A DNA stretch of 64,000 nt from Moniliella sp. 'wahieum'. Lineage: Eukaryota. The notes beneath the pieces were generated by a model. It did not search any database. It was given only the letters and a program-made list of their open reading frames with translations, and had not been told where the DNA came from. Within the stretch, counting starts at the first letter, position 1. Every line of letters starts with the position of its first letter. The position numbers and the translations under genes are program-made. The stretch is from NCBI GenBank assembly GCA_003971905.1, contig RSEE01000033.1, forward strand, positions 1 to 64,000, written 5' to 3'. Shown one piece after another: positions 47,669 to 60,869 of this stretch.

Positions 47669-50112
47669 ATGGCCAAGGCCGGTCCGCAAGCGCGCCATGC
47701 CAAGCGCACCCGCCCTGCGTCCGAGATGAGCGCCCCCCGCCCCACCGACACGCCGGGCGGCAGCACCGACGATGCCTCGGGCGCTTCCCTGCTCACGCCT
47801 TCAGTCCCGACGCCCGCTTCTTTGCCGCCCTCAGCCCCGCCGCGGGCAAGGACCGTCTTCGCGTCTGGAGTGTCACCTCCGCGCCCCCCGCCGGCACCGC
47901 AGACTCCAACCCGGCCTTTGCCCAAGCGCTGGCAGATGTGGTGGTGCCCGATGCGCAGACGTCGATCTTGACCTGGGTGCAAGTGCCTGGGTCGAGTGCA
48001 ACAGCTGCCAAGGGCAAAACTGCCAAACCGCCCTCGGACCCGGCACCTTCTTTTCAACTGGCCCTAGGTACGTTGGATGGGCGCGTGCTGCTGTTTGACC
48101 CTACCCATGGCGCCTTTACTCGGGTCCTCTCCGATGCCCAGTTCAGTCCCTCGGCAGCGGGGATTGCCAGTGCGACGGGTGAACGTAAGGTGAACGACAT
48201 TTCTGCCCACGGAAACATGCTGTATGTCGCATCCGCCGACGGGCTGGTGCGGTGGTACACCCTTGATGGCGCCAGTGCAGGAAGCGTGTCGCCGACCAAG
48301 CGGCTTCTTCCTAGCCAGGCGCTGCGGCCCCAGGTAGTGGGCGCTAGCAAAGCTGGTCTGGTCGTAGCCGAACACGAACTGCATCTCTACGCTTCTTCGT
48401 CGCTCAATGCGGCCGACGCGGTTCAAGGCGTGGTGCGCAACCTGTCGCCCTTGATCACCTATACCGGCCATTCGACGCCCGTCACGCACATTTGCTGGCT
48501 GGGACCCCATCGCTTCCTCACGGCGGCCCAGGATGACCGGACGGTGTACGTGTGGGACGTGCCGCAAGGCCAATCGCCCGCCTTCGGCGGTGTACCCCAG
48601 GGAATCATCACGTTGGATGCACCGGTCCGCGCGCTGGTCCCCGCTGGAACCGACCCCCAGGGCGGGAGGAGGGTGGTCATTGTCGACACGGCCGGCTTGG
48701 CCTCGGTCTACCTTGTCCCCGTTTCGCTCGACAAGAAGGCAGAGCAGCCGACGCGCCGACGCAAGTCCAAGGGGGGTGCGGTGGTGTCGCTGCGTCCTGT
48801 GTCCAACGTACGCGTTGTCACCGCTTCTACGGGCAACGGCAACGTCCTGCCCATCCTCAATGTCGGGCCAGACCCATCTACCCACGGCTTCCGCATGGTC
48901 GCTACCCTTGCCCGGATGGTGCGCGGTGCCAAGTTGGCTCTCGACACGGTTCTTTCCATTCAGGCGACAAGGAGGCCGTGTTCGTTCCTACGGTCGAGGT
49001 GGTGCGCACCAAGGAGGTGCTCGCCGAGACGGGAGGCGAAGCGGCTACCCCCAATCTGGGTCGGTTTGCTCCCAAGGGCGAAACCCTTCAGCTGGCCCCC
49101 GAACCCAAAACCAAAAAAGCCAAATCGGGCGCGACCGAGACAGTGGCCGCTGTGGGATCGTCAACGGGCGCGCCTTTGACGGAACTCGGTATCACCAATC
49201 TCCCCCACCTCGGCAGAGGTGGTGGACACGCATGCAAATGTGGAAACATTGGACGAACCTTCGTTGGCAGCGCGTCTGCAGGGGCTTGAGATGCCCCAAG
49301 CTGCCGAAAAGGACCGCACTACCGCCTCGCGTGGCTTGGGGCAATTTGATGGGGCCGGCGTGGCCCAGGCGTTAACCCAGGCGCTGCACAGCCAAGACCA
49401 AGCGCTGACGACGGAGCTTCTTGTGGCCAAGGTCAGTGCATCGGCGCTGCAGGCCTCCGTGGCGCGCTTAGCAGGTCCCCTGGCTGTGCGGCTGCTCGAG
49501 TGCTGTTTGGATCGGTTGGAGGTGAGCGGCACGCGGCTCAACTCGGGGCGAACCAATCGCTTGGTGTCTTGGATTCGTGCCGTCTTGGTCGCTCACTCGG
49601 GCTACCTGATGAGTCTGCCCAGTCTCCTTCCACGCTTGTTCCAAGTGCATGCTGCGCTGTCGGGTCGGATTGCGCACCGCGATCGTCTCCTCAAGCTCCA
49701 GGGGCGTCTCGAGCTCGTCTTGGCCCAGATCGACACCAAGGCCGAACATGCCCCGCATCTTCAAATCCCTGGCGTGAGCCAAGACCGCAACGGACCGCGT
49801 GTGTGGCGTGTCGGAAGGGGATGTATGGATCGAGCCCGAGGAGGTGGTGGACGAAGGGGAGGAGGTGGGCGAAGTGGACGATATCGTGCCAGAAGACGAG
49901 TCGGACGAATCGGACGACGATCTGGATTTGGACTCGGACGACGTGGAGATGGAGGATGAGTCCGACCCAGATGGCCATTCCGATGCGTGGAGAGCAGTGA
50001 CGACGACCTACCCGATTCCGACGACGAAGGGCCGGCCAAGTCCCCCTTCGCCCGGCGGAAACCTACTGCTCCTCGGTCGCCGGCCGAGGACGATTCGTCC
50101 GACGAGGATTAA
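47669..50112 (+). CDS. UTP5: WD40 + Utp12-domain SSU processome protein (Utp5/WDR43-like)
   Basis: LALGTLDGRVLLFD, YTGHSTPV..FLTAAQDDRTVYVWD, ALTQALHSQDQAL, WIRAVLVAHSGYL, LLKLQGRLELV, acidic tail. Confidence 0.82.
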
Positions 50113-51522
50113 ATACACCTCGTTCCACTCGCGCATTAATCCATGGTGGCCCACTCTTTTGTGTCGTATGGACGGTACTGGCCAGTATCCATAGCACTCG
50201 CTCATCATGCCTCGCATTCAGCCCGAGGTGCCGCTTCGCCGTAGTGACCGACTTGGCTGCAGTCGTTCGTGGGAGTATGGGGTCCAGATGCTGCATCAAA
50301 ACATCGTAGGAGGCCATGCGGCCGGGCTACTATAGGTTGCGCTCGAGTGTGGGACCTGCCCCATCTGAGCTATACTAATGAGATGGTTGCACGGTGAGGC
50401 GGGCAGGGGAAAGGCGGCTGGTCACTGCTTTGAATATGCGTCCTACCTTTTGCACTCGACCGCTTTGCCGGGGCCCCTATTATCTGGACCGCACCCCGAC
50501 TAAGAGTTATTTGTGAAGTGTGGTCATGAATCCCCGTTGCCGTCACCCATACCAGATGATAACCACAAATGTACCCCCCATCCCTACTAGTAGTAGGCCA
50601 AGAGTGATAGCATTCGCATCGAGACGTAAGTCGTGTGGTTTTCGACACTCAAGAGCGTTGTGCATGGCGAAGCCCTTTGTGCCTGCCGAAAAGGCGGCTA
50701 TCAATGCGTGTGAGTCTGTCTGCTGTGAACTGAACCTGACTGTCCTGGTAGAAACTGTCGCTCAAGCTGCGCTTTGGTGATGACTTGAGACAACGACGAA
50801 GAAGGACAGTTCGAGAACAACCCAACTGCCCCCCCGCTCTTCGGTTTGCCAGCGCACGCGTGTCATCGTAGATGTGCTCGACGAGAATGGTGCTGTTACG
50901 AGCTGGCGGTCGGGAAGATCGGTGCTGACGCGCTGACGACGGCCCATTCGGTTGGCCCGTTAGTACTAACACCCATCCAAGCCGCCGGATGTCGATCTGG
51001 CGATGGATAGGCTATGGAATGAAGAGATGTGGGGGGACGAAGACGACCTCCTTCCTCTCGGGCGTAGGCCCCGACAGAGAGGAGTCATCGTCCTCATTTG
51101 TTCGCCACGCCGTTCAAGCTGAACGCTGCGTGCTGGCTGCATGTCATGGGCTGCTGCCGTGGGCGTTGGCGAGGGCTGACATGGACACCTGAATCCAGTG
51201 ACGCGACGCCGCTTGTGACCGCCGTTTGTCGTGGCTGATTGCGTCGACGATCGCTGAGCGAGCGGTGGTGGTGGGTGATCGATGATGCACGCGGACGCAC
51301 ATGCGGCCGAGCCCCCGCCGCGCCGCACACTGCCCCCGCGCCAGACGGACGCGGGACAGCATGCGAGGGCGGTGCCCGGGCAGTGTTGGGCAGCCGCACA
51401 CCCGCCCCGTGCGGAGCGGCGGCTGGTAGGCCCGTGCTGGGGTCTCCGCGCCAGCGCTTCTTAAAAGAGGCCTCGCAACCGCGGCCACACGGCCTGGTCC
51501 CCCAACCACCCCCATCCTGACC

Positions 51523-53159
51523 ATGTCCAACACCCCCGGAGACACCAAGCTGGCCAGTGAGGTCGTCATTGTCGTCCTTGGCGCGTCGGGCGACCTGGCG
51601 CGCAAGAAGACCTTCCCTGCGCTCTTCAACCTCTTCCGCATGGGCCTTCTGCCTCACAACACGAGCATCATTGGTTATGCTCGAAGCAAGATGGACCACA
51701 AGACCTTCCACGACCGCGTTGTCGGCCACCTGAGCGACATTGACTCGCCAGAAGGCAAGAAGGCTCTCGACTCATTCCTCCCCATGGTTTCGTACGAAGC
51801 TGGCTCGTACGACGACCCGGCTGCGTTTGAAGCGCTGGAGGCTTCGATTGAGAAGATTGAGGAGCAGCGCAGTGTGGCCAAGAAAGGCTCTCACCGTCTC
51901 TTTTACATGGCATTGCCGCCGAGTGTGTTCATCAAGGTGGCCAAGCACCTCAAGCAGTCGTGCTACTCACCAACGGGATCGAACCGTATCATTATCGAGA
52001 AGCCGTTTGGCAAGGATCTCGAGTCGTGCCGTGAGATGCTCGATGCGCTGAAACCGGTTTGGCGCGAGGATGAGACGTTCCGTATGTGTCCCTTCCCGCA
52101 CCTGTTCAGCAATTCCTTCCATATCATGTGAACTAACACTAACGCCACATCTGCTCCAGGCATTGACCATTACCTTGGCAAGGAGATGGTGAAAAATCTT
52201 TTGACAGTTCGCTTTGCTAATCCGGTGATCGAGGCTACGCTAAACAACAAGTACGTTTCCAACGTGCAGATCACCTTCAAGGAGCCCTTTGGCACGGAGG
52301 GCCGTGGAGGCTACTTTGATGAGTTTGGCATCATCCGTGACATTGAGCAGAACCATCTGTCGCAAGTCCTCTCGCTTTTGCTATGGAGCAGCCTACCTCG
52401 CTAGATGCCGAGGCCATCCGGGACGCCAAGGTTACCGTGCTGAAGGACATTCGGCCCATCACCAAGGAAGATACTCTGATTGGCCAATACGCCGCTGCCA
52501 ATGGCAAGCCGGGCTACAAGGACGACGACACGGTCCCCAATGACAGCAACTGCCCCACGTTTGCCGCTCTGGCAATGTGGGTGGAGAGTGAGCGCTGGAA
52601 AGGGGTTCCCTTTATCCTCAAGGCAGGAAAGGCGCTGAACGAGGCCAAGGTGGAGATTCGCGTGCAGTTCAAGGATACACCCAGCAACATTTTTGCCTCG
52701 GAGTGCGGTGAAATTATGCGCAACGAGCTGGTCCTGCGGATCCAGCCGGGCGAGGCGGTGTACGTCAAGGTGAATGCCAAGTCGCCTGGTTTGACGTACG
52801 ATGTGGTGAATGCGGAGCTGGATTTGACGTACAAGGACCGGTTCAGCGGTGCGCGGATCCCCGAGGCGTACGAGACGCTGATCTACGATGCGCTGGTGGG
52901 TGACCACAGCAACTTTGTGCGTGACGACGAACTGATTGCCAGCTGGTCCGTCTTTACCCCGATCCTCCATGCCATTGACCGAGGCGAGCTGAAGCCGGAG
53001 GAGTACCCGTACGGCTCGCGGGGGCCGGCAAGTTTGAACGACTGGATCGCCAAGTACGGGTTCAAGTACGAGAACCAGAACTATGCGTGGCCCAAGACGG
53101 ATGTGGGCCGCCACCGCCGTACATCGTCGGCGGCGTCGCACCACCGGCCCGCGTTTTGA
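51523..53159 (+). CDS. ZWF1: Glucose-6-phosphate 1-dehydrogenase
   Basis: [36 protein letters not shown] across intron ~52083-52159, [27 protein letters not shown]. Confidence 0.97.
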
Positions 53160-53635
53160 TGAAGGGCTGATATATGTATACTGCTAGTGTTGCGGCGCGC
53201 TCCATGCGGCCGCAGGTATTGCAATGCGTGCTATATATACGAACGCGTCTGGACATAGGGGGACGCGCTACTAGTAGCGAGAGAGGCACGCAAGCGGTCA
53301 CTACAGACAAAGCCATCGAAGCTGCACGGCCCCCCCGGCGCAGCGCCAGCGACGCGGCTCAGCCGCACAGGGCCAGTCCCTCGGGCTGCGGCGCGAGCAC
53401 CAGGCGGCGGCACCACCCCACTGTGGCTGCGGTGTGACACGTGAGGCCGCAGTGGCTGCCCCTGTGCTGCCGTCTCTTTGGGCCCAGCATAGCACCGCCC
53501 TCTGGTGCGCTTTCTTCAACTTTCAGCGCGGCGCTCACCCATCCTGCTGGCCCCCCAGGCCGTCGCCAACGCCGGCCCACGCCATCCCGCCGGGCCCTCC
53601 CTCCACCTTCGCCCCCGCCCCCCCCCTCTCGCCCC

Positions 53636-54610
53636 ATGAGTTCCATCCGCCGCCGCCCCCCCCCGGCGGCATTGCGCCCTCCACCGCCGCAGCCGCCGTC
53701 GCAGCCACCACGCCGACCGCGCCATCGCAGCCCGTGCGCGGTGAGCCTGCCGCTACGCCCCGCGGCGAGGCCGTCGCTCTGGGGGGCCCGCAGTCGAACG
53801 CAGCAGGCGCCTATGACTTGCTCTTCAAACTGATCATTGTCGGCGAGTCCGGGACGGGTAAGAGCTGTCTGCTGCACACGTTTGTGCACAACGCCTTTCG
53901 CGCGCGTGTCCAGCATACTGTGGGCGTTGAGTTTGCCAGCAAGCTCATCCCCATCTCGCTCAACTCCCGTGGCTCTGGCGCAGGGGGCAAGACCAAGATT
54001 GTCAAATTGCAAATGTGGGACACGGCTGGGCAGGAACGATTCCGTGCTGTTACGCGTTCCTACTTTCGTGGCGCTGCCGGCGCCTTGTTGGTGTACGACT
54101 TGACGCGGCGCGCTACGTTTGACCACCTGGACCGCTGGCTCACTTCGATCCGCGAGCTGGCCAGCCCCAATGCGGTGATTGTCTTGGTGGGCAACAAGCT
54201 GGACCAAGATGCTCGAGATCGGCGAGAAGTTCCCTTTCTCGAGGCGGCCGAGTGGGCGGATGAACATGGGCTCTTGTTTCTCGAAACGTCGGCGCTATCT
54301 GGCGAAAACGTCGACACGCCCTTTTCGTATGCTGCCCACGCCATTCTCCACCAAATCGAGACGGGTGTTGCAGACCCGGCGGCTCCCGGGTCAGGGATCG
54401 CCTACGGCGAACGCGGGCGGAGCCGCTCTTTGGCGTCCCGCTGGTCCTTGGGATGGTGGGGAGCAGCTCGGCAGCCAACGAAGAAGGGTTGGACGACGAC
54501 GATGCCTCGGGTCCCACCCCCTCGGCCCTCGGAGCTGGGCTTGGACCTCGATGGGGTATCTCTCGCCTCGTCGGGGGCGGAGACGCGCGCGTTCAGGCTG
54601 CTGCTCTTGA
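53636..54610 (+). CDS. RAB4: Rab4-like small GTPase
   Basis: [47 protein letters not shown]; shifted frame ends GCCS* (prenylation motif). Confidence 0.85.
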
Positions 54611-55613
54611 TATTCTGGTTCCGGATACCCTTCCCGTTTCGTTCCTGCTGCTGTTGTATACCCCGCCTCCCATCCACTGCCCTATTACCCCCTGCCCTCG
54701 GACTCTGGTAAACAAAAAACACACCTCACTCTGATATCTTATCTGGAAATTGCCTGTCGCCCTCTTTTCCGTATCCAGAAATCAGCACCTGCCCGATGCT
54801 CATCGCCCTCGTTCGTTACATATGCTCTGTCGCTCCCTCGCACGAAACCTGCCTCCCGCGTTGGGTTATGGGTCAAGGGTTCTGGGTTCGCTGCCACGGG
54901 CCATGTCGACTGAGAATCGATAATGCTCGTTTTCTTCCACTAGAGTTTATCCCCCTCCTAAGCTGGCAGAGGCGCTAGCGCGAAAGCAGACAGCAAAGAA
55001 GGGAGATGGTGTGCGCCGCTGGCCGCTTGATCTAGATGGCTGTCGGCAGGGGCAACCAGGGTCTGGCTTCGTGGGATGAACGATCGATGAACGTTGAACG
55101 CACCCGGCACTGGTGGCGGTGGGGAGGATGCCGATCATGAATCAATCCGGCCGCGCCCCATCGTGGGCAACCGGCGACCGCGCCTTGCTGGTCCAACCGA
55201 GCGGATGCGCACCCTGGCGCACCACTCCCGATGTCGGGCCATGACCGTGACCGCCCCTGAGGCCTGAGGCGGCCTAAGCTCCTCAGGACCGCCCACGTCC
55301 GCCCATGTCCGCTCATATCCGTCCATGTCCGTCCTTGTCCGTCTCGAAGTCGGATATGATCACCGATCATGGAGATCATCAACGATCGCCTTGAACCACG
55401 GCAGGCAGGCGGCCACTGCAGCAGACTGCCCCATGCGCTGATATCACGCGTGGCCTGGCTGCAAATATAAAACAGTGGCGTGCGGCAGTGCGGTTCAGAG
55501 TCTGGACAGCCTGGCCGCCTCTCCTGCTGCTCCTTCTCCTTCTCCTCCTCTTCCTCCTCCTCTTCCTCCTCCTCCGCTGTTCGTCCTGCCGCAAGCCACC
55601 CCCACTCTCCGCC

Positions 55614-57204
55614 ATGACGGTGGCCGATCTTTCTTCCCCCGCCAGCCCGCTTGAGAGGCCTGACACCCACGACACCAAACTTGATGAAGGGCGCCCCATC
55701 CAAGACGGCGCCGACGAAGACGCCCCTGGTCCAGAGCCCGAAAGCGCCGGCGCCACCGGCGAGGGCAGCGTGCTCCAGTTCAAGTCCCACTCCCTCACCG
55801 ATCCGCGTATCCGGCCCATGATCCACGGGTTGTTCAAGGGCGTGGCCCCCATGCTCTTTGTCCTGTGTGTGCCATTGATCTGGGGGCTGTTTCCCATCTA
55901 TGTACGTGCCCCGTCCCTGCGCGCTGTGGCCGGTCGGTCAGCTGACCTTTGGGCAGTGGGGCTCACTGTACAAACTCACGCCTCGGCGCTTGCCCGCGTG
56001 GGTGGTCAATGGCGACCCCGATGGTGTGGTGGGGCAATCGTTGGAACGCGGTCTGCTGGCCAGCGACAACCCTTCGAACCCGATGCGACTCCACTGGTAC
56101 TCCCAGCCGGCCAGCAAGTACCCAATCCCCGCCATTGAGCACACGATTGTCCGCAGCTTTGAGGCGTGGGTCATTGTTCGAGTCGCACCCAACGCCACCG
56201 CCCAACTGCTTCAGGCACGCGCCGCCGGCGACACCACCTGGGACCCAAGCAGTCTGGTCACCATCTACTTCGCCTCGTCCCGTAACTTTAACGCGGCCGC
56301 CACCTACATCAGCGAGCCCACCACTGCCCTTGTCGAAGGCATCCTCCGACAAGTCAATCCATCCTTAACGCGCTCCTGGTTGAACCAGGTGGTCAGTGGC
56401 AACAATGCCTCCACACTTCTCGCTGCCGCGCAAGCCGTCCCTCAGGCAATCGCCCAACCTATCTGGTACTCTGTCCAGGACCTTCGCCCATTTGACCAGA
56501 GCGTCACCGTCGCTACCACCTTTGTTGGGCTCATCTACTCGGCCATCTTGACGTTCAACCTAACCATGGCATTGTATATGATGCGGCAAAGACTGCAAGT
56601 CTATCTTACCCCCGGCTCACTCTTGCTTCTCCGCTTCGCGGTACCAATTGTTGTCTATCTACCCATCTCGCTTATGTTCTCCATGATCAACCTTCCGTTC
56701 AAGGTCAAGTTCTCCAACATTGGGCCCAACAATGCTGCCGGCTTCTTTGCTTTCTTTTCAGCCACCTATACCGGCTTCCTCGTACTGGGCTTTTGGATTG
56801 AAGGGCTCATCTCTCTTCTCACCCCACGGTTTATTACGCTTGGGCTGGTTTTTGTCATCTGCACCGGGGTAGCGGGGTCAAATTACCCTATCGAGATGCT
56901 CAACTCGTTCTGTACGTTTTCGCCCCTCGGACTTGCGACGTGCCTACCAAAAGTACTAACCTTGTTTTTTTTCTGCTTTTGCTCAGACAAATGGGAATAC
57001 GCCATGCCATTCTACAACATGAAGGCCATCTTTACAACCATTATCTTTGATGTCGGGAAAAGGATCGACATCCTGAAATACTTTGGTATTCTCTGGGCCT
57101 TTTTGGCCGTTCTGTTCCTCACGTTTCCTCTCTGGGTTCTGCACGAACAACGGACGGCAGTCAAGGCGGCTGGTGGTCCCGTCGGAAAACGATGGCCTCT
57201 GTGA
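55614..57204 (+). CDS. SNG1/DUF3533-like multi-pass membrane protein
   Basis: N-terminal TM then WGSLYK, QDLRPFD..ATTFVGLIY, several C-terminal TMs, YAMPFYN; introns ~55902-55955 and ~56912-56986. Confidence 0.75.
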
Positions 57205-59944
57205 CAAGGCTCAAATTATCTCTATTTCCTGTCCGCGTTCCCCCTTGATCCGATATTATGGAGGCTGGTGGGTTAACTCATCACGAGCGAATCTACTGGT
57301 GATGCCGTGGTGCAGTCTACACTGCGTCGCGCGCGTGACCCACCGCACCACCTATTTTCTCCGGCGCCCCTCCAGGCAGCCGGCCGCATCTGCGAATACC
57401 TCTTTGTTTTCTTGCTTGCTTTTTCTTGCTTTGGATGAACCGCTTTTTCCCTGTAACGGCTGCTCCTAAGATCTTCATGAACCCAATGTATCGTTACGTT
57501 TGTCCTGCCCATATTCCGTGTGCCTGTAGTGAGGGAATCCAGCAGTACTCAGGTACTGCCGCCCATACGTCAAACCTGAGACTGAGACCTGAGAATACAT
57601 GAGAGAGAGTCCTCATCACTCATAGTGGGAACAGCAGCTGGGCCAAAAAGATTAGTCTGACACTTGTTGTACCGCAAGAAAGCGACATCAAGATTATAAT
57701 CGTTGGAGCGCAAAACAATATGTTGCTCTCCCACACGTTTAGTACTCTCCCCAACGATAACCCTATAAGGGAAATGAAAATCTCACCTCTCGTACTCTCG
57801 AATCTCCTCTTACCCGTCGCAGCCCATATCCATTTTTGGGTGTTGCCCTTGGCCTTGTTCTTCGTGCCTCACACCGACCAAGTCCCATGCCGTGCCTTCC
57901 CGTGCCTCTCGGGAATGCCATAGGCCCTGTGGTCCTCTTGGTTATACGATTTTTTGCAACGCTGACTCCCTGTTTTGGATGTCGAGAGGATGGCGTTTGT
58001 CTATTAGCTGGAGTCGTGCCCGCATCAGCGCGCCCCCACCGATCAGCACCGTGCTCTTCCCCGCGCGCGCGAGTTTTTCCTTGACTCTTTCGCTCGAGTT
58101 ACTTGTCTCCTTGCGAGCGCCACACTGCACGCGTTTTGGTCAAAACTTCGCAACCTCTCTCTCAGTCCTTAGTAGCGACGCTCAACATCAATTTTTGTTG
58201 TTGCCGTCGGATTGGCCCTCTATCTTGAAGACTGGGCGTCGTATGGGGTACTCTGTTGCACCCATGGCACAAAAACAACTCAGTAATACGACATGTGACA
58301 AGCGTTTCTTCGCCCATCATCATATGATCGCGTCTATAGTAATTAACTCAACATGTTGCCATTGCTATCATTAATCTCGCGTACACCCTTCTCCCGCCTC
58401 TCCGTACGACGAGTCTCTCGAGTCTCGAGCCCGATGCTGGCCAGAGACATACGCATATACGATGAGCGCAACCCCCACATATTGTTGCCTCCTGTGGTCG
58501 ATGATGAGACAGATGGCCGAGAGAGCAGCGGCCACACCGGCTATCGCCGCCAACGTTTCCCCCGCTAGTCGCCGCTTCGATGGCAAAACCCCGTCTGCAT
58601 CACTTACACTACCGTCATACGCGTCACGGAGTATCTCGGGTCACCCTGTCACACCAGATCACACACACTGGTTACGTCGGCACAGCACTAATAGCACTGT
58701 ATACTAGCCTCCTGTAGCGACAAGCACAAGTAACTGGTAACTGTGGGAACTGGGAACCTGTAACCGTAACCGGTAGCGGGGGCAGCCATCATGATGCAGG
58801 GTAGCCGGTAGCCTAGGACGTGCTAATAGCTAGCCACTTGTAACTCTGTTATAGTAGAATCGAACACGTGCTTTGGGGACAATTGCACACGTTTTTGGAT
58901 GAATGCCACACAACAACAGGTTTTTTGTAACCGCCTTCTACAGCCTCTGCAGTGAGATCCGTGGTCTATCTTATTGAAAACGATCATTGACGGTATCGAT
59001 GTGTGTCTCATGTGATGCGTTGCCGCGACGGCCAAACGGATCCCGGCTGTTAGGAAAAGCTACCGGCGTGTTGGAGCGAGAGCAGGCACATCTGGCAATC
59101 AGGAGGACACGATGGTCTCTCGATCCATCATTCCCTACATGTGAAAGACTATCAGATCTATTCTATCCGCAAGTCAGCCGTCGTCGATATTGGGCGGATT
59201 CCCTCTGGAAAGATAGAGCTCTTTGTGCTTGTAACAGAGAGGCCGCATCCTGCGGACGTCAGTATATTTGTCTCCTATCGGCAAGCGATACTTTCATCAC
59301 CCCCGCGGCGAACATGTCACACCAGTCAATCTATTCAAGAAGCATGCTTCAACAGCTGCCGGCTTTAAGTTGCTTCCGGCCGAGAAGTCTCTGGCGGGGA
59401 TTGGATTGGCGAGCGACAGACACCTGAAAGTTGCGTGAACGTTGAACGTTGAACGTCGTTGAACTTCAAGCTTCAATGTTGACGTCGAACGCGCCGAACT
59501 TCCTATATAGCCACACGGTGTGACATTGAGAGAAGAGAGGGGATGCGCAACACTTGCCATCCCGCGCGGCTACAATGTCAATAAAAACGTTTTCCTCATG
59601 ACAGTGTCCATGACAGTGTCCATGACAGCTTCAGCGCATGGGCAAAGTATGCGGTTTGGAGAACACACATGCAACTCATTCACTACCCCGTGCACTATGC
59701 AACCCTTTTACTGCGCACTGATGGCTTGTCTGTCTATAGTCTGTGAGGCTATTGGCAGAGGGCTATATTACCCCAGCTGTGAATGACACTGGAGCATGCG
59801 ACCGTGCCACATGACTGCATGTGACTGTCGTGACGGGGTCACAGGCCGAGTCCGAGTGACGCGGTGGCGCCCAGCGTGATCGAGGTTCGATTATCACCGG
59901 GGCCGGGATGGCCAAGGTAGGCCGCCAAGATCGCTAGCACTACC

Positions 59945-59976
59945 AGTCACCTAGTCACCTAGTCACCTAGTCACCT
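59945..59976. repeat. 8 bp tandem repeat (GTCACCTA)4
   Basis: Directly visible. Confidence 0.85.
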
Positions 59977-60869
59977 CGGCACTCGGTTCCCAAAGAACAT
60001 GCACATGACGCGATGGCTCGATGGCGCCCTCAGCGTGGCTGGTGGCCGTATCACGGATGCATAGCAAGTGATGTTGGTGATAGTCCTATCCGATCTCGAG
60101 GGCATGTGGCGAAGAGTTGTAGGCCGTAAGGCGCAACGCGTAAGGCCGATGCTAAGGCCTATAACGAAGGTATTTTCCCGGGCCATCAGTACCGGGCCTC
60201 ATGCTAAAAAGAGAGGATTCGGCTCAGCAGTGGTTGGGGGCTAGAAGGTGGTGGATTGCCTGCGTCCCATGGTTGTGCGTTATGCCCATGGCTGAGAAAG
60301 CGCTGAGCCTCAGCCCTATGGCGGCGCCCCCCCCCCACCCCCCCGGGCACCGAGAGCGTGGCCAGGGCGTGGCCCTGCGTGGCCACAGGAGAACAGAGAT
60401 CGAGAATTGCCAAACACGCTCAAATGTAGTGTGAGACACCTCTCAGATCGGACAGGAGACGTGTCACGTGATACTGTGCTTGCGGCCATAGCAAGCCAGC
60501 CTTTGGCGGGAGGGTTCTCTGATCGAGCGGGGATGTTGGACAGCAGACCTATATATACGCCCCCCCCCGAAGAGGGCAGCTTCCGCTTCGAACGTGCCCT
60601 TCCCCCTCCTCCCCCACTGTCTCCTCCCCCTCGGCACAGCCACGCGCCACATCCCACAACAACGCACATACCCTACTCTTCTGTTATAAGATACACTGCA
60701 CTGTGGTTTCCAGCCGCGGCTGGTCTCAACCCCCTTCAACAGCTTTGGACTTCTGCTTTCATCGACGATCGCCTCATCCCTCTCTCCCAGCCCCTTCTCG
60801 CATACATTATTTGCCACCAGCATTTGCCATCACACGCGTCATCAGCACGGCCAGCATTAGAATTGGACT

